Below the pieces are notes generated by a model. That model was not told the DNA's origin and made no database searches. It was given only the letters and a program-made list of their open reading frames with translations. Source: Rhizaria sp. SCN 62-66 (lineage: Eukaryota). Taken from it: 64,000 nt of DNA. The translations under genes and the position numbers were made by a program. Where the stretch lies: positions 1-64,000 of the forward strand of contig MEDY01000225.1 of NCBI GenBank assembly GCA_001724265.1, in the 5' to 3' direction. Below, piece after piece: positions 36,719 through 50,081 of the stretch (the stretch's first letter is position 1; every line of letters begins with the position of its first letter).

Positions 36719-39700
36719 TCAATCATATGTTTCAGCAGCACCGTAGCCACCTCGAAACCCCGCTGAGAGCGCGGCCGCAGAGGCCGCAGCCGCAGCCGCG
36801 GCAGCCGCAGCCGCCGCAGAGGAGGACGGCGACGCTAACAGGGCCTGGCGCTCCGAAGCGCGGCCTGCGTACTCAGCCGCGCCGGCGCCCAGCGAGCCCG
36901 CGTGATAAATGTCGCCGCCGTCGTCATCGTCGTCGTCACCGCTCACGCTCTGGCTGCTGCCGCGCGTGACGACCAGCGGCGTCGCGCCGGGCCCGCGCGC
37001 GGTGAGCGAGAACGCGCCTCCCGCGGCCGCCGCAGCGTCGGCGTCGCCTGCCCAGCCGCCGCCGGCGCCCCAGGTGTCGCTGTTGCCGCTGCTGCCGCCG
37101 CTGCTGCTGCCGCCGCTGCTGCTGCCGCCGCTATTGTTGTTGTCGCCGCTGGTGGTCGGCGCCGCGGTCGAGCCGCCGTTAAGGCTGCTGCAGTCGCCGG
37201 CCTGGTAGAACGCACCGCTGTCGCTACCATTGTAGCTGTCAGCGGCAGCGTCGTCGCCGCAGTTGCTCTCCGTGCAGGAGCCGCTGGCGGCGGCGCGGGG
37301 GCGGCGCACGAGGCGCGAGAGCAGCAGCGTGGCGGGCGAGCGCACCGAGTGGCCCGCCGCGCCCAGCGCCACGCAGCCGCGCGCGATGATCGCCGCGCCG
37401 CTGTGCGCGCCGACCGGCGAGGACCCGGGGCAGTTGTCGGCGTCGGCGTCGCAGCAGTCGGCGCGAGAAGGCGAGCCGGGGCTGCGCGGCGAAGCGATGG
37501 GGCAGCACGGCGCGGTCTCGCAGCACTCAGCATCACCGCCGCTCCCAACGACTTGGCCCCTGCTCGTGGCGCCCGCGGCGGTACCGAGGTGGTCGCCGTG
37601 GTTGTTGGCGCTGTAGACGCAGATGCCCGCGACGGCGATGGCCCACGCGGCGGCCACGCCGGCGCCCGCCAGCAGCGTCAGCACCCAGTAGTAATCGAGC
37701 GCCTCCTTGAGTGCGTCGGCCTCGGCCGCGGACAGCGCGACGCCGCGCGCGGTAGTGTTAAACGAAACGGACGGCGCGCGCGTGCGGGAGGCGCCGCGCC
37801 GCGCCTTGCCGCCGCGGCCCGCCTTGGCGTCGGTCTCAGCGCCAGACTCTACAGCGGCATCTGCAGTAGCAGTGATGGCGCTGTCCGTATCGACCTTGTT
37901 CTTTGACTCGGTGTCGGTGGCAGCACCAGCGACTACGACGGCGTCGACGTCGTTCTCAGTCGCGACAACAAACGCAGCATTGGCGGCGTCAGCGGAGGCG
38001 CGCGCGGCGGCCTTGGCCTTCGTCGCGAGAGCCTGCTTGCTGGCGCGCACAGCGGCGAGCGCGGCGGCCGCGGCGGCGTCAGCGGCGGCCTGCGCCTCCC
38101 TGGCCTTCGCCGCCAGCGCGCCAAGCTCCGCAGCCTCGTCAGCAGGGCTGCCAGCGGCGGCACCGGCGCTGGTGCTGGGGGGCAGGTGCAGGTGCGTCGC
38201 GAGGTCGGCGCGCGCGGCCGCGGCCAGCGCAGCGCGGCGGGCCTCGGACGCCGCGGCCGCGGAGGCGCGCGCCGCCCTGGCCACTGCGGCGTCCAGCGGC
38301 GAGTCCTTGCTCTCACTTTTGCTGTCATGCTCGCCGTCACTGCCGGCGTCCGCGCCGTCTAAGGGGTACTTAGCGTGGTCGAGCGGGGAGAGCAGGTCGA
38401 GCGCGCGCTGGTGCTCGGCGCGGGCGAGCCAGTCGGGCGAGATAGCCCAGGGCAGCAGGTTCACGTCGTGCACCATGGCGCCCAGTGCGAACGTCACGTC
38501 GGTCCCTGACAGAGAGCGCACAAACGTCACCGTGGGGCCGCTCTGCGCCTGCGCGCCAGGCTGCGCAGCGTCCGCGCTCGCAGTGCTACTGCTGCTGTTG
38601 TTGTTGTTCGAGGCAGGCGCGTTGCCCTTGTTCGCGGTACTGGCGCCAGCGCGCGGCTCGAGAGGGATGCCGATGCCGTCGTGGAGCAGCGCGACAGTGT
38701 AGGCGGCGAGCCAGCAGTAGGAGCGCAGGTAGTACTTGTTGGCCGTGGGGTAGCGCCGCAGCAGCTCGGCCCAAGGTACGGCGCAGAAGTCGCGGCCCGC
38801 GCGCGCGAGGTCCGCCAGCGAGGCGTCGGCGGGCAGCCCGATGAAGTCGGGGAAGTAGGAGAAGCCCGAGAAGGCGTAGAAGGAGCGCACCTCGGCCAGC
38901 GGCGGCCGGTACAGCCCGAAGAAGGACGTGCACTGGCCGGGGAACGGCGACGACAGCGACTTGGTCTCCGAGTGACACGGGCCGGTCAGGCTGTGCAGCG
39001 ATATGCGAATGTGGGACAAGAATAGAGGAGAGAACCGATGTGTGAGTGACATGTGGAATTGTGCGAGATAAATTAGAGATAAGCCTGGACATTTTTCGAG
39101 CATTATTGTTACGCTACAAGGCAAGTTGCTCGTAATCTGCGTTACTGTGTCGCCGTACCGTGTGTTGACAAGCTCCGTGGCGAGCGCGTAGCAGCGGTCA
39201 AAGTCCGCCTTGCCCTCGACCACGACCTCGAGCTCCTCGCTGTCGTCGTAGTCGGAGTCGTCGCCGCCGCCGCTAGCGTTGGCAGCAGCGCTGCCACCCG
39301 CGGCGTCGCTCGTTGCGGCCCTCGCCGTCTTCGCCCGGCCGCCGCTCTCGTCGCGCACCGGCCGGATGGGACTCGCGCCCGCAGCGTCAGCGTCGCTGTC
39401 GTCGTCGCCGACGTCGACGCCGCGCGCGCTCTGGCCCGGGCGCCCCGCGCCGCCCTCCTTGACGGTCACGGGCACCCCGCCACCAGCACCACTCCCACCA
39501 CCACCACCAGCAGCCGCAGCAACGCCATGGCTGCGGGGGCGGCGGCGCAGCGGGTGCGTGGCGGCCAGACCCATGGGCCCGGGGCCCAGGCGCGGCAGCA
39601 CGCCCGGCGCGTACACGGCCTCGTACCCCGTCGGCAGGCACGGCGACTGGAACACTGGGTCCAGCTCGGCCTCCGCCCCGTCACTATGGGCCCCTGCGTC

Positions 39701-42600
39701 GCTCGGGGCGGACTGGCGGTCGTGCCAGGCGCGGTGGCCCGGGCGCGCCGCCAACTCGGGGTGCGCGCCAGATGATTTGGCCACCGGGTCTGCGCCCACC
39801 CCGTGCGGCGCGCCAGCGCCAGCACCAGCACTGGCACTGGCACTGGCATTGGCAGTGGGACTCGTAGCGTCTTTGTTGTTGCTGACACTGGCACTGTTGC
39901 TGTTGTAGTTGCCGGTGTCGATGTTCTCGTCAGCGTGGTGTTTATGGTCCGCGCGCGTCGAGTTCACCGGCAGCGTCCACTCGAACGGCACCGCAGGGTG
40001 CTGTCGCGTCTGCTTGCGCGCGCGCTTCGCCGCCTTCTCGCCGTCTTTGTCGAGCTCCCCAACACCGACACCGGCAGCGCTGTCGTCGGCACCGGCGCCG
40101 GCGTCGGCGCTGGCCTCGGCAAGCGCAGCCATGGCGGCGGCCTGCTGGCGCGGCGCGAGGTCGTAGTAGCCGCGCGGCAGCCCGTAGGCCTCGGGGAAGG
40201 AGCGCGCGAAGAGCACCGAGTGCAGGCGCCACAGCGCGGCGTCCTTGCCGTAGTACCAGAAGCACTCGACGTAGAGGCGGTGGCGCGTGTAGGCGAGCTG
40301 CAGCGGGTACTGGTGTGCGAGCAGCGCCGTGTGCGCGGGCGGCCGGAACGTCAGCTGCATGCTCGCGCCGCCCAGGTCCAGCACGGCCACCGTCTCGTCG
40401 CCCTCGGCCCCGCTGTCCGCGTCCAGCCCCCAGACCGCGCCGCTGGCGCGGGCACCGGAGCCGCTAGCGCCAGCGCCGCGGCTAGCAGACGGCTGCTGTG
40501 TGCCGTTCGCGGTGAGCGGGGAGAGCGCGGCGACGGCAGCCGAAGGGTCAGCGCCGGCCGCGGGCTCGGCCCAGAAGAGCGTCTTGTTGGAGAGTAGGTA
40601 GTTGACAGTGAGCCAGCCGAAGACGCCCTCTTCCTCGCCGCTGATGACGGCGGCGTAGGCCGCGGGGCGGAAGCGGAAGCCCGTCGTGGCGAGGTACGCA
40701 GAGACCTCGCGCATCACGGCCTCGCGCGCGCCGTCGGGCAGCCCGCGCATGCCGCCTGTCGCCTGCGCGTGAGCAGCAGCAATTACAACAATAAAGGACC
40801 AGGATTAGTTATATGAGACAACCGTTGGAGTGCAAATAATAGAATATAACCGTCCGTAGAAGTAACATAGCGCCAATAAGAGAATACATGCAATTTCATG
40901 TTTCGTGACAGTTATTGCAGTGTTTGCGCTGCAGAGTGTGCGCGCCACGCGTACCTTGAGGTAGATGGGCGTCTCGGGGATCTTGGCCTCGACGCCAACC
41001 TGGCGCATAACGGAGATGACGAAAGCGACGAGCGGGCGCAACGCCTCAGCCACGCGCGCGGGCGCGGCGGCGTAGTCGCTGAGTCCGGGCATGGTCTTGA
41101 CGGACCAACCGGGGAGCGTGTCAGGCCGCGAGAAGGGCCGCCGCGGCGCCGGCGAGGGCGACGACAGCGACGAGTAGAGCGTGCGGATGCGCGGGTGCCA
41201 ACGGTAGAGGTACGCGCGCGAGCCCGTGGAGCCGGCGTCGATGAGCACGCCGTAGTGGTACTGGTGCGCGGGCAGGATCTCGGTGCCTGTGTGGGGAGGC
41301 GACAACAAAATAAATTGTGAGACAGATTGAGAGAATAAAGTAACATGACTGATTGAAGCTATAACATTGAGAATGACATTGAAATGGTGCGTTTGGTTTT
41401 AGATGATTGACAGGTGATTGATTAGCACCACGTACCGATACGGCGCTGGCGCGGGTAGGCCTGCAGCATCGACGCTGCGTCCTCCGTCGCCCCGCCCTTG
41501 TACAATGCGCCACTGGCACTGCCGCTGGAGCCGCCTGCGACAGTGGCGGAGCCGTTGGCGCCCACGGTCACCTCGGGCGGCGCGGCCCACCAGTCGCCGC
41601 TCCAACCCTGGCCCTTGGTCGTGGCCACGCCGCCGCCGCCCGTGGTGCCTGCGGTGCCCGCGGCGACCGCAGCAGCCGCGGCGGCGGCGGCGGTGTCGAG
41701 CACTGCGAGCGGCAGCAGCGGCGGGAGCGCAACCGCGGGTGGCGGCTTCGTATAGCCATCGCGGTCCAGCGCCGCCACGGGCACCGGCGACACCAGCACC
41801 GACCGCGGCACAGCGCGGCTCTTGCCGGCGTCGACACCGCCATCGTTATCGTCGCTGTCGTCGTCGTCGTCGTCGAGGTCGCTGAAGGTGTCGCCGAAGT
41901 GCGTGCTGTCGCCCTCGTAGTCCCAGTCCCAGCTGCTCGCGCCGCTGCCACTGCCGCTGTCGGCGTTCGCGTTTGCAGTGTCCGCGTCCGCGTTCAGGTT
42001 GGTGTTCATGAGCGGCGGCGGAGGGAGCTCAGAGTACTTGACCGTGTAGCCCTGCGCCTGCAGCGACTGCGCCGCAGCGCGCGCCACGCCGGACGCCGCG
42101 CGCCGCGTCAGCCACTTGGTCGGCGCGCCCGCCGATGCAGCAGCGCCGGCGGCTGTCGCACCCCCGTTGCTGCTGCTGGCCTTAGTCTTCTTGATCGCAT
42201 TACGCTGCTTCGTGAGAGGCGTGGCGGCGGCAAATGAGCTGGTCTCAATGAGTTCAACGCGCGGCAGCGATGGTGGGGGGCGGGTGAAGTAGCGCCGGCG
42301 CAGGTGAGTGCTTCCAACCGCATCGTTGGCGGCCGCGGCGGCAGCGCCAGCTGCAGCTGAGGCGGTGTCCTTGACGGTGTCAACAGCCGCAGCAGTATCG
42401 TCGGGCGGCAAAATCGCGTGCGCACGGTTCAGCATGCGCATGAAGTAGTCGCCGACGTCATCAGCGCGCGCCGTAGGCAGCAGCGTCGGCGCAGTGGTGG
42501 CAAGCGCGATGGCCAGCCACAGAATCGCAAGCATGCGGTGGTTGCGACGCTGGTGCGGCGGGACTGAGCACGCAGCGTGCGCGACTGCGCGAGGTGGCAT
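36719..42600 (-). CDS. GDA1/CD39-family NTPDase (apyrase), about 1790 aa (exons 42600-41436, 41286-40955, 40762-39159, 38990-36719)
   Basis: Apyrase conserved regions DAGSTGSR, ATGGMR (across a splice), ISGEEEGVFGWLTVNYL, DLGGASMQ, FYAFSGF and VTFALG. Hydrophobic segments near the N-terminus and in the C-terminal part. The start may instead be ATG 42534. Stop is TGA. Confidence 0.88.
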
Positions 42601-43053
42601 ACCTAAGATAGTAATCTGCCCAATTCCTGACTTCACTTGTGTAGTTTAAAGAACAGAGGCGCTGTGACGAGTAACATTGACGGCGATGGAGGCGGATGAG
42701 GGTCGAACCAGGTCAGGTCGTTACAGACACACGTAGATCGCCGAGATAGCATGGTATAGCTTAGTTAAATTAACATTATATTTGCACGCCTAAATCACAT
42801 ATCATACGTCCAATGTGATATCATTGATACATCAAGAATGATCGGAATTATGTTGCAACAAATCCGACATTGACTGGCGACTGGTGAGGAAAAAACAAAC
42901 TGTATTCGGTGCTGTTATGATGCGCAAATTAGTCAAACATGTTAAGTTTTGACTCGGGAGATAATCACTGACCGCGTTGATTCAATAATATGTAGAGTGG
43001 CAAACTAGTTAATCGATGATTATGTTCGTATTTTGGGTCCTGCTACTGAGATA

Positions 43054-46000
43054 TCATCCGTAATGCACGATCCCTCTTGACAACGACGATGGTGGTTCTT
43101 CGCGCACTGTGGCCGCCGCAGCTGCGGCAGCCAACCCTGCAACTGACTGAGCGTGTGGTGTCATGCCCACAGCCACACTAGGCGGTGTCTGAAAGAACCG
43201 ATGCCCCCCAGTCCGCTTGCCCACGGCTACTCCCGCGGCGTCGCTGTTGCTGTTGATGCTGGTGGAGGTGGAACGTACAGTGTCGAGTGTGCGTGCGCTA
43301 GGACGCTCACTAGGGCTCGCAAGAGCAACAAAAGTTGTAGTCGCCGCGGTGTTCTGGGGCGAGCGCACGTGCGTTTGCGTGAACGGATCCTCATATTTGT
43401 TCTCAACAGTTTGAGGGGCAGTGCGGTTAACATAAGAGCTATTCCGATTCCCACTGTTGTGAGCGTAGGGACTCTGCAACATCTTACTAGGGACAGCAAT
43501 GTTTACATAGCAAGGCGTGCTTGATCGCGCTTGTGCTTGTGCATGCGTGTGCGTGTACGCGTGCGCGGGCGACGGCGACGCAAGCTGCAGAGCGCGCGGC
43601 CGCAGCGGAGTCCAGCCGTCACCTTCGCCCGCGCCCGTGTCCGCGTACGTCTCCGCGCACGACTCAGCGAGCGGGTCCGTCACTGTCGCGTTGCCGATCG
43701 ATGCCGCGGGGGCGACGGTGGGTGCCGGCAGCGGACTGAGCTCGGGTCGCGGCGCTGCAAACGCGATGCCCCCGTGACTGCGATGCCGGGTGTCGTTAGT
43801 GACATCACCGCTCTGGTGGGTTCCATCGTACGCCCTGCGAGCGCTTCTCGCTGTTGCACCAGCGGTTCCACGCGGCGCAAAGGCAGACGAGCCCGAGGCA
43901 AAGGCAACAGGAACTGCTGGAACAGCCGTGATGGGTGACGCGACGCGGACTGAAAATGCATCTTGGCCATCTGTCGCGTGGTGAGGACTAACGTATCTGT
44001 TCATGGTGTGTGCGTGCAGACTGCTGACAAACGCGTTGGGGCGTTCAGGCTTGAACGCCGACGCGGGGATAGGCACTGGGGCAGGTGCAGGTGTGAAGGC
44101 GTAGTTGGTGACAGTTGCTCCAGTGTGAGTAGAGAAAAATCGATTAGGGGTTTTAAATAACGCTTGATTCGACCGTAGCTCATGCTGTTGAAGTGAGGGT
44201 TTAAGCTGTTCTGTCAACTGCGGTGTAGAAGATTCTGGGTAGATGCGTGAAGAAAAAAGATACGGTTCATCAACATCCGTAGATTCAATCCCATTTGCAG
44301 CAACGGGCGCGGTGTACACTGTCTCACCGCCACTGTGCTCCGAAGCATTTTGACTTGCACCAGCCTCCGCGTCACTTCGTGAGAATGAAGCACTCTCCAG
44401 TTGACACTCTTCTTGCACGTTCCGCCGGTCCAGCTCGCGCTCTTGTTGTTCCCACCAGTGCTGCCACACAACGCGTCCCTGCTCCTCGGCAGCGGCGCGG
44501 GCATCCGCAGCGCCCGACGCGGCCGCCGCGCGCACCGCCGAGCCGACCTCGCCGGGGCGGGTCGTGGCCGCCAGCGCGCGCGGCGTGCGCAGCCCGCGCT
44601 CCAGTGACGCCACCAGCGGCCTGCTCACAGCTGCCCCGCCCCGACCACTCGCGTCGAAGGTCACTTGGCTTTCAGGCACAGGCCAAAACGCGGAGGCGGC
44701 AACAGCCGACGTCACACCGGCAGCGGCGGTGGCGGCTAGCGCGCGCGCGGCTGCTGCGGACGCCTCCGCTGCAGCCGTGGCGGCAGCGGAGTCGCCGCCG
44801 GCCAGCGCAGCGGCAACGGCCCGGTTCGCCCGGTCCAGCGCGTGGTGCCGCGGCGACAGGTACACGGCGTCGCGAGCGCCGCGGCCGGAAGGGCTCGCGC
44901 TGCCCGTGAACTGTCTGTTGAGGTGCGAAAGCGGGCTCGTACGCGACGGCGGCGGCAAAACCTCTGGACGCGCACGGAGTGACTCCGCGTACACTGACCG
45001 CGAGCGGGGGTCGTGGTACGGAGACAAATACACCACGTTCGCGCGGTGGCCTGGCCCGAAGCCATGTTGTACGCCAAGATCAAGACTGTCGCCGTCAATG
45101 TTGTCGTGATTCGCGACTGTTAGGTCTTGATGTCCCCAAGGCAGCTGCGGACCAATATCGCTGCAAACAGCTCTTCCTTGAAGGTGGGTGTCATTTCCAG
45201 ATTCATTAAGCGAACTATTCTCGATTCCAGCGGCTTTGCTGCGGTGCCAGCGACTGTTTGCAGGCAAGCCTGCGACCGCACCCACAAATGCATGGCTCGA
45301 AAAGAAGTTCGCTGCGTTGCCATCATCATCCAAGCCGATATGATCGACGCCACAACCAAGAATAACACCTTTTGCATCAACATCATCGTCGTTGTGGCCG
45401 ACATTGTGGTTTCCAGCGCCACCGTGATCGTGGTCATCATCGCTAATACTGTCGCTGCCACTGCCATCAAAGTGACCATCAGCGCGCCGGCGCAGACGCT
45501 TGATCTCAACAAGACGTTGCTGGCGGCGTTCACGATCACCCTGATCGCGCTCCTGCTGCTCTATCTCTTGCTGCAGACGTCCCTCGCGCCCGTGCGCATT
45601 TACGGCGTCTGCATTACGCACGTAGCTCTCGGACGACGCCAAGAACGTCGCTGCGGCTGCAGCAGCGTTCGCTCGCGCTTCAGCATCAGCCGCCTCCGCC
45701 TCGGCAGCTGCATCGGCCTCAGCCTCGGCGAGCCCCTGTGCCCAGTCTGCGTCCAGCAGCGCCGCCACCGCGGCAACCGCCGCGGCGCGAGCGCGGGCCG
45801 CGGCGGCCGCAAGACGCGTGTAGTGCGCGCCCGCTGCCGCACACGCACGCGCGACCGCGTTCACTGTCCCCGCCGCGCTTGCCTGCGCGTTCGCACCGAC
45901 GGGGGCGGTGAGCGCGACAGAGACCGTGGGCGCTGCGGACGCGGGCGACTGCGGGCCGGCTGACACGGAGACAGAGACGTGCGCGGGCGAGGGTGCGAGA

Positions 46001-48636
46001 GGCAGCGCAGCGGGCAGAAACCCGGGCACAAGGTACCCGCGCCAACCAAGCACGGGAGGCGTCACGGGTGTGCTGCTGTCATTGAAGCTCACATTTGTAG
46101 AACTACTGCTGCTGCCAGGCGTGGTTCTGTGCGCGCCGATACTGACGCTCGCGTTAGGGCGGCTGTCACTCCTGTGTGCGCTGGCGTTGTGGCGCAGTGT
46201 AAGGCCAGCTCCGGTGCGCGGCGTTTGGACCGGCGTCGTCACCGGTGTGCGCGATCGAGACTGAGACAACTGACGCACAGCTCGCGCAGTTTGCCCCGCT
46301 GAAGACTACAAAGCGCGCCCTGCTGCGAAAACACCGGCCCGCGCGCCGAACACCGTTCCAGCGACGCTGTCACGTTCGCCGCCAGCAGCAGCGTCGCTCA
46401 CACCGGCTGCTCCGGTCGCAAACGTGCCGGCGGAACGTGCAGCGGCGGCACGCGCAGCGTTGGCGCGCGCGGCGGAGTCCATGAAGAGCAGCAGCGACTC
46501 GAGCGCTCGCGCAGCGACCGCGGCGGCGGCGGCAGGCGGCACCGCGGCCACCGCGCAGTGCGGCAAGCGCAGCAGCGGGTCTTGCAGATGCGGCAGCTGC
46601 TGCGACACAGGCGCAGCGAGGCTCGTGCTGGCCACGGACTGGGACCAGGATTCATACACGCGTTGCTGCTGCTGCTGTCCAGTTGGACCTCTTGATTGGG
46701 GCGAAAGTGCGGTTTTAGACTCATCTTGCAAGTAATCGGGCAAATATTTCTGCCAGTCAAACGCTTTACTAAAAGCTGGTGCAGTAACGCTTGTCGCTTC
46801 GCCGATGGAAGATGTTGCACCAAACCCAGGGGCGCTTTGCTGCCGTTGCAACTGCAGCGGCGGCGGTGGCAGCGACGGGCGCGCGCCAACGGGCAGCGCG
46901 AGAACAGGCACGCCTTTCGCCAACGCTAGCGCGTTTATCGCGCCAAGCCGATGCGCTCCAAGCCTGGGCGCGGCACTGCTATTGCAGTTGATGCTCCCAT
47001 TGCCGGAGGGCGGGAACAGAGCGCAGCGCTCGCGGTCGCTGGCGGCAACCTCGCCCAGACACCAGCGGCGCCACAGCTCCGGCACCGACGCCGACGCCAA
47101 AGCTGGCACTGACACCGGCACCGACGCACCGGCCGTCTGCGCGCACGCGGTTGCCGGTGCGGACTAGTCACTGTCGCCAGCGCCGTCGCCGCCGCCGCCG
47201 GCGCGGACGCTATCCGGGGACGGGAAGCTGGGGTCCAGCGCGGGGTCCGGGATCGCGACGCAGCCCCAGCGCTCGCCGAGCTCGTGCTGCCGCGACTGTA
47301 ATGCCGTTGCGGCGGTAGCGGGCGAGGGGCAGCAGTACGGGTACAGCGGAGACTGCAGAAGCAGCGTGGCAGCCACAACCGACCAGTGCGCGCCGTCGCC
47401 CCTGGGAGGCTGTTGTCCGCCGACGTCGCCGCTACATGTCTCGCCCACGCCGGATGAGACAGTTGCGAGCTGTGGGTACACCGCGGGCAGCAGCGGCGCG
47501 AACGCGAAGGCGACGCCGCCCGTGCTCGCGCTGCGCGCACCGCCGCCGTGGCTGTAGTGCACACCGCTGCCGCCGCCGTCACCGCCGCAGAGTGCGCTGC
47601 TGTCATGCGGGCTGGGCGCCGCGGCGGGCGCCGGACGAGTGAGGCCTTGCGCGACGCGCGGGCTCAGCGCCACCAGCTGCAGCGCCGCGCAAAAGGCCGG
47701 GAAAGTCAGTCCGCGCGGCGGCGGCGGCGGCGCGCGGCCGGCGCGCGCCAGGCTGTCAGCCAGCGCGGGCGGCGGCCAGATGCGCGTCTCGCTCCCCGTC
47801 TCGCTCTGCTGCAGTGCTCCGCTCGCTGCGCCGTCACCGTCACCGTCGTCAGCGTCAGCGCCAGCGGGACTGGCGCGACGTGGGCGCAGCGAGAGCGCTG
47901 CGGCGAAGACCGCGGCGGCGTCTGCGCGCGAGAGCGCGGCCGGGAAGAGCCCGTACGCGGCGCAGAAGCGCACGAAGCCGCCCTCGCTCAGCACCAGCGC
48001 CAGCGGGGCGCGGCCGCACTGGGACGGCGGCGAGGCCTGCCGGTCACCAGTGCGAGCGTGGCCGTGACCGTGGCCGTGGCTAAAACTGTGGCCGTGGCTG
48101 AAACTGTGGCTGTGGCTGTGGCTATGGTTGTGGGGGCTGCTGCGACTGAGGGTTGTGCGTTGGGGCGACGACACAACGGGCAGCGGGACGGAGGCAATAG
48201 CGGCAAGGACAGCGTGGAACGGGAAAATGGACGCCGAGTCAGCATCGTATCCACTAGCCACCGACACAACGCAGTCGCCTGGGGCTTCTTTCGCGCCATT
48301 GGCATCACCGGTTCTACTGTTTGTGCCAAGTACATCGTGAGAAGTGGCCCCGCTGAGTGACGCTAACGGGGACAACACGGGCTGCAGTGACGCAAACGCG
48401 GCGAAGGCGGCGTGGAGCCCGCGCGCGTGGTGCGCGAGCACGGCGGCGGGCGACGGCGGCAGCGCCAACGGGTGCGCCAGCACGGCCGTGTCGTAGGTCG
48501 CGGCCCAGGCCTGCAAACTGGGGCGAGCAGGCCAGGGCCCCGGAGCTAACGGAGGAAGCGAGGAAAACTGTTGTGCATAGAAGGCAGACTCTGGTGCCAG
48601 GCCGAGCGCGGCAGCGGCCGCGGCAGGGGCGGGCAT
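43054..48636 (-). CDS. Large (about 1860 aa) low-complexity protein with two in-frame TAG codons and a small EF-hand/p25-like helical motif
   Basis: ORFs 48762-47164, 47121-46306 and 46278-43054 share one frame and are separated only by TAG (47164-6, 46306-8). Motif LSEGGFVRFCAAYGLFPAALSR...LTFPAFCAALQLVA. The 5' end is uncertain. Stop is TGA. Confidence 0.7.
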
Positions 48637-48959
48637 GAGGCGCACGCAAGGCTGGTTGTTACTTGCCTGGGGTGAGATCGACAAACGAGTGCAGGAGAGC
48701 GGGAACGCAAATTCATAGGGTATTATTAGAATATAATCTGCAAATCCACGGTTTAGAAACAATATTCAAAGTATGTATCTCGCAACGGATTTTACACCGA
48801 GACTCATTCAATCAAAGAACAAACACCAAGACCCGACGAATCTGGACCTCCTTCAACGAATACATATTTCCTCGGATTACAGTGGCCCTATTCATGCAGT
48901 AACCAGTCAAACAAGCTCAACATATAAATATAACAACCACACCTTTCTTAGTGAAGCTA

Positions 48960-49370
48960 TCACTCATCAATCTTCTTCTTGAGCGCGGGGTTCTCGTACG
49001 GGATGTCGTAGCGCTCGAGACACTTCTGCAGCTTGCCAAACACGCCCGCGCACGCCAGCGGGTCGTGGGGCGCGTTCCAGCGCAGCGCCTTCTTAACCAC
49101 GCGGTTGTGGCACGTAACAGCGCTGAGCAGCGTGGGCCCGCACGGCCCGTCACGGATGTGATCGACGCAGTCGCAGTTGATGTCCATGAGCTCGAGCCGC
49201 GTCGGCAGAAGCGTGGGAATGGTCGCCGGCGGTGCGGCGGGCGCGCGAGCCCACGCGTGCATGCGCTCCGCCGCGCTCGGCGTAGGCTCGTACGCAAACT
49301 GCTCCGGCGGCGGCAGCACGGTCTCAGTGGATGGCGCAGCAGATGGGCGCGACGACGGTGACGGGTCCAT
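48960..49370 (-). CDS. Mia40/CHCHD4-like twin CX9C protein
   Basis: DINCDCVDHIRDGPC-x9-C ... C-x9-C followed by LERYDIPY. This parallels the Mia40 pattern CPC..GPC-x9-C..C-x9-C..Y. Stop is TGA. Confidence 0.7.
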   Translation of the reverse strand: MDPSPSSRPSAAPSTETVLPPPEQFAYEPTPSAAERMHAWARAPAAPPATIPTLLPTRLELMDINCDCVDHIRDGPCGPTLLSAVTCHNRVVKKALRWNAPHDPLACAGVFGKLQKCLERYDIPYENPALKKKIDE

Positions 49371-50081
49371 GTCTCAACACTACAAGAGGCGGAGAAAATT
49401 CAGAGAGATAGATCAGGCGTAAACGAGGTGTCTTACAGAAATAGATTCATACAGGTATATACATTACCGTTTCTACAGCGTTGCTACCGTGTGAGTTGTC
49501 GATGAGTGGTCGGAAGTATCAAGATCAGCTTGATATGAAAACAATTCGCATCAGACCCAAGACTCAAATGACGTTGAAGGTAAAAGAAAGCAATGCATTA
49601 TTGCATTGGAAAGTGATTGAAGTTAGTTGTGTATAGTTTGTAGATTGTGATCTTCCCAAATTACTAAAATATAAGGCATATGAATCACATTCAATGACCA
49701 CTGTACACTCAAAAATATAACTTATTGAGCAGTGATGCGAGCACGTGTCACCCGCTCACGCTCACGCTCGCCTGAGTCCTCGCGCTTTCACGGCCGCGGG
49801 CGGACACACAAGTAAGCTTTCTGGGCTGGTTAGAGCTCTTGACCAGAGCTTTCCCTCGCGGAAACCTTCCATGTTTCCACAAACGTGTGCGATATTCTAC
49901 CACGCATATCATGGATCGTGTTCAACATAAGAAAGTAAGACGCCACACACACTGCCGTTGAACACATACTGAGACCGCAGACATGGCTTAAGTCAACAGT
50001 GCGTGCTTATATCCGCGTGCGATACCTGTTTCGGACGCACAGCTCACCGCATCCGCGCGCGCACGCTCAGCTGCCACCCGG

